64,000 nucleotides of DNA from Malacoraja senta (taxonomy: Eukaryota), in assembly GCA_038087875.1 (NCBI GenBank), contig CM075988.1:16184001-16248000 (forward strand). The letters run 5' to 3'. The position numbers and the translations under genes are program-made. Below, piece by piece: positions 60,101-64,000 of the stretch; positions within the stretch are counted from its first letter, which is position 1; each line of letters opens with the position of its first letter. The notes under the pieces are model-generated. The model had not been told where the DNA came from. It made no database searches and saw only the letters and a program-made list of their open reading frames with translations.

Positions 60101-62004
60101 ATCTTCTCTGAAGTGTCACTAGGTTTTTTTGCATCTTTTCTCTGTCAATTTTGAATGAACAAAGCCTTTGCCTCTTTAGATTTGTATGTGCCAGTAACAA
60201 TCAGGTCAGATGTCACATAAACCTTTGCGATGATGAGTGATGTAATTCAGTACCTAGAGGCTGATGTCTCTGTCCTTGAATTTGTATGGGATGGTAGAGT
60301 GGTACAGTATTTGATTCATTGATTGAAAGATACAACATAGAAAGAAGCCCCTCGGCCCACCAGGTTCACTCTGACCATCAATCACCTGTTCTACATTATT
60401 CCACTTTCTCTTTACACACGAGGGGAGATATGCAGAAGCCAATTAACCCACAAACCTGCATGTCTTTGGGATGTGGGAGAAAACTGGAGCACTCTGTGAA
60501 AACTCACGTGGTCACAAGGAGAACGTGCAAACTCCATGCAGACAGCACCCGAGGTCAGGATCGAACCTGGATCTCTGGCACTGTGAGACGCATTCGGTCA
60601 GCCACGCCACTGTGCTGCCCTTTTTTTGTCGTCGCCTTACAGCACCACATAGAAGGCTAAATCAATCCTGACTTCGGGTTTTGTCTGGAAGAAAGTTGTA
60701 AATTCTTCCACATTGGTTTCACCACTACTTCATAAAGAAGACCCCATAAGTTGATTCACCACTCCGAGTTATCCCTTAATGACGCAAAATCAATTGGAAT
60801 TTATGGGTACGTTTGAGTAAAAATATATTTTAATTATAGGGAAGGAGAGAATGAGGTAATGAAATTGCTTCTGCTCTGACACATGTACCAATCTCACCCA
60901 TGCGACATAAACCTCCTACTGCACCAGAGTAATATTATTTCCTTTGCCATGTTTTCCATCCTGCAACCTCTTTGAAATCAGTAGTTGCGACTGGAAATGA
61001 GAGTTCATTCATGCCCTGTAGATATAGCAAGGATGCACTTCAAACACACTGGCTGGGTTCAGCATCAGTTCAAAGGGATGTATTATGGTGCTGAAAATAG
61101 TCACTGTTGAAGTTCTGTGATGGTTCAGTGCTCCCAGGTGACGTTCCATCTGTGTCTATCCACTCAGCTCAATGCCCTGGAGGAAGAACTCCAGTGTAGA
61201 CGTGAACATTGGCAGCATCAGCAACAGAAGGAAGAAACTCTATTCAATGCTTTAAAAGTTTTACTGCGGAACGTCTCTGACGCCGAACTCGACTGCAGAT
61301 TCGCCAAGGTACAGCATCATGATTTCATCAATACATTTCGTTTATGCTCGAGTTAATAATCATAAATTTATGAATCATACGGAATGTAGTTGAGTTTAAT
61401 TACACACACACCATGGAATGCATAATGGTCGAATGGGTTCATATCTGTTCAGTTCTGAGAATGCTTTAGGCTTTTTGGAATCCAATTATTCCATACAATT
61501 ATCACAGTAGAACTATTTCTCCCTGACCCCTCTGGTTTTGAACGATCATACAGAAAAAATCCATATCAGAAAAATTTAATAGACAATCATTAGCTTATCA
61601 ACAGCTTTAGTTTCCTTATTTAACAAGGATTTTTTTTATTGGATTAATAAGATTTTGCATTAGCCCTTTCATTTCACATATTTAATTTCATTGTTATTCC
61701 CTTATGATTCTATAAGATTAGTTCGATTTCTACAGACTGTAAAACTTGAGCCTTTGCCACAAGCTTCAGTCTGGCAACATTTGTAACGCTCATGCCTCAG
61801 GTTCTGTAGATGATGTTGTTCCATGCAGCAGGTACTGAATCCTTTTACTTGATTGTCTTCAGGTTGAGGATGAGGTGAGAGCTCTTGGTGAAGTAATCAC
61901 CCTTTTACACGTCTGTGCCCAGAACGAAGCACAACGCAGGGACATAGAGGGATCACATTTGTCATCCCTGATGCCAGCTGATGCGATTGTTTTGGTGTCA
62001 CAAG
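18053..62004 (+). CDS. Multi-exon gene (25 exons in window, 5' and 3' incomplete): large Cys-rich GCC2_GCC3/ephrin-receptor-like repeat, single-pass membrane protein with cytoplasmic coiled coils and DPxTG repeats
   Basis: Exons: 18053-18166, 20559-20690, 20791-20919, 21535-21678, 22311-22559, 23553-23776, 24759-24923, 26733-26912, 27705-27822, 29466-29564, 31830-32013, 35880-36042, 37317-37505, 43296-43488, 44480-44613, 45458-45592, 47889-48100, 50117-50274, 52240-52467, 53377-53700, 54972-55382, 58365-58535, 58932-59089, 61168-61308, 61863-62004. All have AG/GT boundaries, consecutive phases match, and the total is 4497 nt with no in-frame stop. Repeated CPxG(Y/H)YC motifs are present. Confidence 0.9.
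20559..20690 (+). CDS. Exon 2 (phase 1/1)
   Basis: tgttttag|..|gtacgt; LLDYTHYPCPIAHFCPKGTGSLGDEHLPKPCPPGTYRDVEQGA. Confidence 0.88.
20791..20919 (+). CDS. Exon 3 (phase 1/1)
   Basis: tttgccctag|..|gtatgg; ILDCWPCPAGTYSLIKAAVSCIQCDPGMFCPEGTQNQTLCPA. Confidence 0.88.
21535..21678 (+). CDS. Exon 4 (phase 1/1)
   Basis: tgttccag|..|gtaagc; YYCSMALPYLPCPAGYYCPEGAQAPVECPVGHYCPQDIVVSHEDSMQ. Confidence 0.88.
21720..21953. mobile_element. Penelope-derived palindromic non-autonomous element (representative copy)
   Basis: Inverted arms gatagacac..gctggagta..ctcag..gtcaggcagcatc..ggagaa..cttcagac / agtctgaagaaggg..gaaacgtc..tctccagagatgctgcctgacctgctg..gtgtctatc; similar copies at 10880-13245 (split), 24250-24450, 30330-30520, 52940-53157, 62044-62243 and many half copies. 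Confidence 0.75.
22311..22559 (+). CDS. Exon 5 (phase 1/1)
   Basis: ttttgtcag|..|gtagat; IGAMKPVKCPLGYREYDGSSRNTFNGTCEPCPAGYYGNHSERQVCLECRAGVVC...YVCPK. Confidence 0.9.
23553..23776 (+). CDS. Exon 6 (phase 1/0)
   Basis: tttgcag|..|gtgaga; HYCPDGSAAAVPCPMGTYNPSERAGNVESCLRCPTNRFNHLTGQAACFICG...CVCIQSGQIFQ. Confidence 0.9.
24759..24923 (+). CDS. Exon 7 (phase 0/0)
   Basis: tttctcag|..|gtctgt; PSDSHCTCAVRHQMVSEETRECVRKQYDICSEGASRNQDGACLMIKEWEEYCSLE. Confidence 0.85.
26733..26912 (+). CDS. Exon 8 (phase 0/0)
   Basis: tttgcag|..|gtacca; VCASHADYQGFDRYLGLCLCRVVALDSVCDRQCRRLQ...YRSGLQ. Confidence 0.85.
27705..27822 (+). CDS. Exon 9 (phase 0/1)
   Basis: cttacag|..|gtgaga; VEVPLNHIGRVLNSGNALEKTQCPPHHNFIRPVYLVEMS. 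Confidence 0.8.
29466..29564 (+). CDS. Exon 10 (phase 1/1)
   Basis: gttttacag|..|gtaatt; KGFLGVYDPDPSKLKSLLEINFVQHPSLNISP. Confidence 0.8.
29693..30074. mobile_element. hAT-superfamily MITE (382 bp)
   Basis: About 33-bp TIRs caaagatcctatagc..gcaagata.atcactc; perfect 8-bp TSD ATGCACAC at 29685-29692 and 30075-30082. Confidence 0.9.
30815..31657 (+). mobile_element. GC/CpG-rich non-autonomous retroelement with a Rex1-type tail
   Basis: Head gggtggcgcc..gcctcgccagcagctgtctgtc, CpG-rich core about 30960-31480, tail gtgacaataaa(tgtctct/tgtccct)n; no RT motifs. Confidence 0.6.
31830..32013 (+). CDS. Exon 11 (phase 1/2)
   Basis: atctttcag|..|gtatgt; ...FSGIFNPVTCIHTGSIILFTVSCKHYPVYD. Confidence 0.85.
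32637..32874. mobile_element. PIF/Harbinger-like MITE (238 bp)
   Basis: TIRs agggcctgtcccactcgggcctcat / atgacgcccaagtggaacaggccct; TAA on both flanks. Confidence 0.85.
32918..33050 (-). mobile_element. 133-bp retroposon with (GAA)n tail and 13-bp TSD
   Basis: cctgaacaatact duplicated at 32905-32917 and 33051-33063; minus strand ends ..cacacgaaagaaga. Confidence 0.8.
34700..35125 (+). mobile_element. CR1 3' fragment
   Basis: ORF 34707-35054 LGLYSLERRRLRGDLIEVFK..FFTQRVVAVWNELP. Confidence 0.9.
35880..36042 (+). CDS. Exon 12 (phase 2/0)
   Basis: tttttctag|..|gtgagt; ANLYNTDSAFDWGAFRELVEELELASSSSWLFTYRFNQPGVHVLQLSSNHHKKM. Confidence 0.88.
37317..37505 (+). CDS. Exon 13 (phase 0/0), carries most of the predicted TM helix
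   Basis: ctccttcag|..|gtgagc; YVRVMPVGGQCYEEGPFFPTT...KPDWHLISSLLASSAATFSICTGLM. Confidence 0.88.
38366..38422 (+). repeat. 16-bp tandem repeat (gttaaggattctggga) x3.5
   Basis: Directly visible in the sequence. Confidence 0.9.
38503..39444 (+). CDS. CR1 ORF1p (zinc finger/leucine zipper plus SGNH esterase), 313 aa
   Basis: CSAC..CRKC zinc-finger pair, heptad LLADRIERLELRL, VIGDSIVR, CLPGA, HIGTKD, DSLHL motifs. Confidence 0.88.
   Translation: MSVEIGPVVCSACNMWEIRDMVGVPGDYVCRKCVQLQLLADRIERLELRLDSYWSIHDAEKVVNSTYSELVTPQVKGKRAERERVANSQQSSRQVVQESPAVISLLNRYTILDTVGGDGSSGEGSSSQVHGTMGGSAAQEGGKKSGRAIVIGDSIVRGIDRRFCGRKRDPRMVCCLPGARVRDVTEWLQNILEGEGERPVVVVHIGTKDIGKKRDVVLQGEFRELGDKLKSRTSKVIISGLLPVPRASRNRRILQMNTWLEKWCKGEGFKFLGHWNQFWGRWDQYKQDSLHLGWNGTNVLGGVFASAVGEDLN
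43296..43488 (+). CDS. Exon 14 (phase 0/1), end of TM and juxtamembrane region
   Basis: cctgcag|..|gtgaga; LFFKKCGWPKKAVVAPRYQYLQKTYNFDDYSSKDAAIIAVKKVHRSLQ... Confidence 0.82.
44480..44613 (+). CDS. Exon 15 (phase 1/0)
   Basis: tattttag|..|gtaaga; STSKNHEDYDQQIDLEFFNTNTFYQILLKQSLAVSVRLSQHKKE. Confidence 0.85.
45458..45592 (+). CDS. Exon 16 (phase 0/0)
   Basis: tatttag|..|gtgaat; VKLFYQKVTQVTESLRVLWMKGMNLAGRRVVSRAGMEMYEKMCSK. Confidence 0.82.
46355..46711 (-). mobile_element. CR1 3' fragment ending in a fold-back inverted duplication
   Basis: (catagaaa)n tail at 46354-46376; 46567-46631 is inverted at 46648-46711. Confidence 0.85.
47889..48100 (+). CDS. Exon 17 (phase 0/2), coiled-coil-like
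   Basis: ttttccag|..|gtattt; VRQEIKRRQDVGLEFEETLDKQQQLLQADWSSREEHHINFNVALREVVRILEEH...; an in-frame alternative acceptor would start the exon at 47898. Confidence 0.8.
50117..50274 (+). CDS. Exon 18 (phase 2/1)
   Basis: tttctcag|..|gtaaga; VSEQVEALLSQMSDAVTNECQRLCVWSVLGKGTGAQLVNKETLQVLSKEELI. Confidence 0.85.
50289..50789. mobile_element. PIF/Harbinger-like MITE (501 bp)
   Basis: TIRs aggggctgtcccacttgggcaacctaa / ttaggttgcccaagtgggacagccccc; TTA on both flanks; internal cgact/cgacc repeats. Confidence 0.85.
50793..51178 (+). mobile_element. L2-clade LINE 3' fragment
   Basis: RSLRSADLGL..RGDRAFTVAAPKLW..FKSRLKTYFY; 3' end aagcactt..aataaat(tta)n. Confidence 0.8.
52240..52467 (+). CDS. Exon 19 (phase 1/1)
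   Basis: ctgtggcag|..|gtcagt; ADGAIRHRSLLQVDGLTGLLTPCPD...FLHPQTGRVLPVAGNV...DSAA. Confidence 0.85.
53377..53700 (+). CDS. Exon 20 (phase 1/1), DPxTG repeats
   Basis: gctgtag|..|gtaaac; ...IPYVPY...DAYSGIEVPILAVTIHPQTGLVYPLGG...SPITG...CEKTGQVVPIIGVSLNTAT. Confidence 0.88.
54972..55382 (+). CDS. Exon 21 (phase 1/1)
   Basis: tcctttcag|..|gtaaga; AVIPLGGVLKFSNTPMILGDSFTEPLSGRSARI...LANTGGDV. Confidence 0.88.
57431..57890 (-). mobile_element. CR1 3' fragment, same subfamily as 10969-13123
   Basis: ORF 57554-57907 is nearly identical to the C-terminus of ORF 11053-11763; same caatagacaatag tail. Confidence 0.92.
58365..58535 (+). CDS. Exon 22 (phase 1/1)
   Basis: ctcccacag|..|gtattt; MIPFASTGLLIPAVVGMQIPDPGGSGLQVPILGVEYNSTTGRLIPLAGTMEDPDGK. 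Confidence 0.88.
58932..59089 (+). CDS. Exon 23 (phase 1/0)
   Basis: cttttctag|..|gtaatg; LIPIALGARSFDPITGETGPVVGARIDPQTGIVVPVLQSSGGCMKRRLNGEM. Confidence 0.87.
61168..61308 (+). CDS. Exon 24 (phase 0/0), coiled-coil-like
   Basis: cactcag|..|gtacag; LNALEEELQCRREHWQHQQQKEETLFNALKVLLRNVSDAELDCRFAK. Confidence 0.83.
61863..62004 (+). CDS. Exon 25 (phase 0/1); gene continues beyond the window
   Basis: gtcttcag|..|gtaacc; VEDEVRALGEVITLLHVCAQNEAQRRDIEGSHLSSLMPADAIVLVSQ. Confidence 0.8.
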
Positions 62005-63287
62005 GTAACCCTATGTCCAAATGCAACTTACAACTAACTCCTAGGTAGACAAAAGTGCTGGAGAAGCTCAGCGGGTGCGGCAGCATCTATGCAGCGAAGG
62101 AATTGGGCAACGTTTCGGGCCGAAACCCTTCTTCACCTATTGCCTATTTCCTTCGCTCCATAGACGCTGCTGCACCCGCTGAGTTTCTCCAGCACTTTTG
62201 TCTACCTTCGATTTTCCAGCATCTGCAGTTCCTTCTTAAACATTACAACTAACTCCTTCTTGGTTTCCCAAACATTGATGCATTTTAACCATTCAGGTAC
62301 CCCAAGACACTGGATTTTTGTTTCTCTTTTCTCTTCTATACTTTCTGTTCATACGAGGCCTCTGAGGCTATTAGTAAACTTATTTTCTCTGTTTTATGTT
62401 ATGGAAGAGAATGGCAAGACATCAATAAACTGTAGGAAGTGTAAATACTGCCTTCTGCATAGCTTCTTGGTACAATATTGTAGACCCGGAGTTAATTAAA
62501 CCATTGAGTCTCCTTTATTAGTTAATGGTTTAATGGTTTCTTTATTATCATGTGTACCAAGGTATAGTGAAATAGTTTTTTTGCATACAGCTCAGCAAGA
62601 CTTTCACCATACATAAGCACAATTTCTTGGTTAGTGCAGAATGTATAGAAGAGCCCACTGAGTCCATATGCAAGAGGCACCATATTACAGTCCCAGCTGC
62701 AGCTAGCCACAAAGACCCACTGCAGCAGTCGCCCCCCATTCCTGTCATCCAGTGAACTGTCGTCCCTCCACTTGCATGGCCCTCTTCAACCTGTGTACAT
62801 TCCTTGCATGAAAATAGATGCACGTTCGCTTTGAATTCCCTTGATGTTCACTTACTTGCTTGTTCTGCCGACTAGATTTGCTCGCGTTTGCTCATTCGTG
62901 TATTTGTATCTCTCATTTTGAGCAACTATTTCGGGGGTCCCCTTCCTCTACCAACTCAGTTTAAACATTCCCCAATATGCTCAGTCATTGAAAATATTCA
63001 AGGTTGTGTCAGTAGATAGGTAGACAGGAAATGAAGCAAAATATCCAAGGATTGGATGGGAAAGCAAACAAGACCCCATCCTGTGGAATCCTTTGCCTCT
63101 GGAATGAATGCGCTTCAACACTGAGAACTATATTCTACACTGTGTATTTTTCTTTTTTCTCCACATACTGTACTTGTTTAGCTTGATAATATTAACGTAT
63201 AATATTAACTGATTTGTTTTGATTAGCTAGCATGAAAAACAAAACTTTTCATTGTACCTCAGCACACATGACAATGATGTACCAAAA

Positions 63288-64000
63288 TGAAGGGGAATCT
63301 CATTGAAAGCTTTCGGATAACGAAAGGCTTAGATAGATGGATGTGGAACGGATGTTTCCAGTAATGGGAGAATCTAGGACCAGAGCACACAGTCTCAGAA
63401 TAAAAGGCTGTACTTTTACAATGGAGATGAGGAAGAATTGCTTTAGCCAGAGGGTGGTGAATCTGTGGAATTATTTGGCACAGACGGCTGAGGATGCTGA
63501 GACATTGGGTATTTTTAAAGTGGAGATAGTTAAGTTCTTGATTAGTAAGGGTGTCAAAGGTTACAGGTGGAAGCAGTAGACTGTGGTTGGGAGGGAAAAT
63601 AGATCAGTCATGATTGAATGGCGGAGTAGACTCGATGCACTGAATGGCCCAATTATGCTTATGTCATTATCTAAACCTAAGCCTAAATGGTAAAGCAAGC
63701 TCGAAGGCCACTCTGGTCTCCTGCTCCCACTGTATATTCTAAGTCATCAATATTGTGAGTAATTTTGGGCACCATATCTGAGGAAGGATGTGCTGGCTCT
63801 GGAGAGACCCCAGAGGAGGTTTATAAGAATGATCCCAGGAATGAGTAGGTTAACCTATGATGAGCGTTTGTCGGCACTGGGCCTGTACTCGCTGGAGTTT
63901 AGAAGAATGAGGGAGGACCTCATTGAAACATGCAGACTAGTGAAAGGCTTGGATAGAGTGGATGGGGAGAAGATGTTTCCACAAGGTGGGAGAGTCTAGG
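63288..64000 (+). mobile_element. Two CR1 ORF2 3' fragments
   Basis: ORFs 63337-63579 and 63790-63999 (LGLYSLEFRRM, FSQRVVNLWN). Confidence 0.85.

Overview
Eukaryotic, repeat-rich genomic DNA, most likely from an elasmobranch (skate/ray), judged from the abundant HE1-type V-SINEs and shark-type CR1 LINEs. The main content is a large + strand spliced gene. I traced 25 consecutive GT-AG exons from 18053 to 62004 (4497 nt, 1499 codons) with every splice phase matching and no stops; both ends are open. The encoded protein is a large, apparently uncharacterised single-pass membrane protein: Cys-rich GCC2_GCC3/ephrin-receptor-like repeats, a beta-rich domain, one TM helix, a coiled coil, about 12 '(D/H)PxTG' hairpin repeats, then another coiled coil. 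Introns and the upstream region contain a near-full-length CR1 (intact ORF1 esterase, disrupted ORF2), other CR1, Rex1/Babar, L2 and RTE remnants, and a young invertebrate-like CR1-group LINE. They also contain many Penelope-derived palindromic elements with minimal hammerhead-ribozyme motifs, three PIF/Harbinger-like MITEs (one splitting a 28S rRNA pseudogene fragment), a hAT MITE with an internal 24-bp hairpin, and a 133-bp GAA-tailed retroposon with a 13-bp TSD. All family assignments come from motif recognition, not database searches, and repeat boundaries are approximate.
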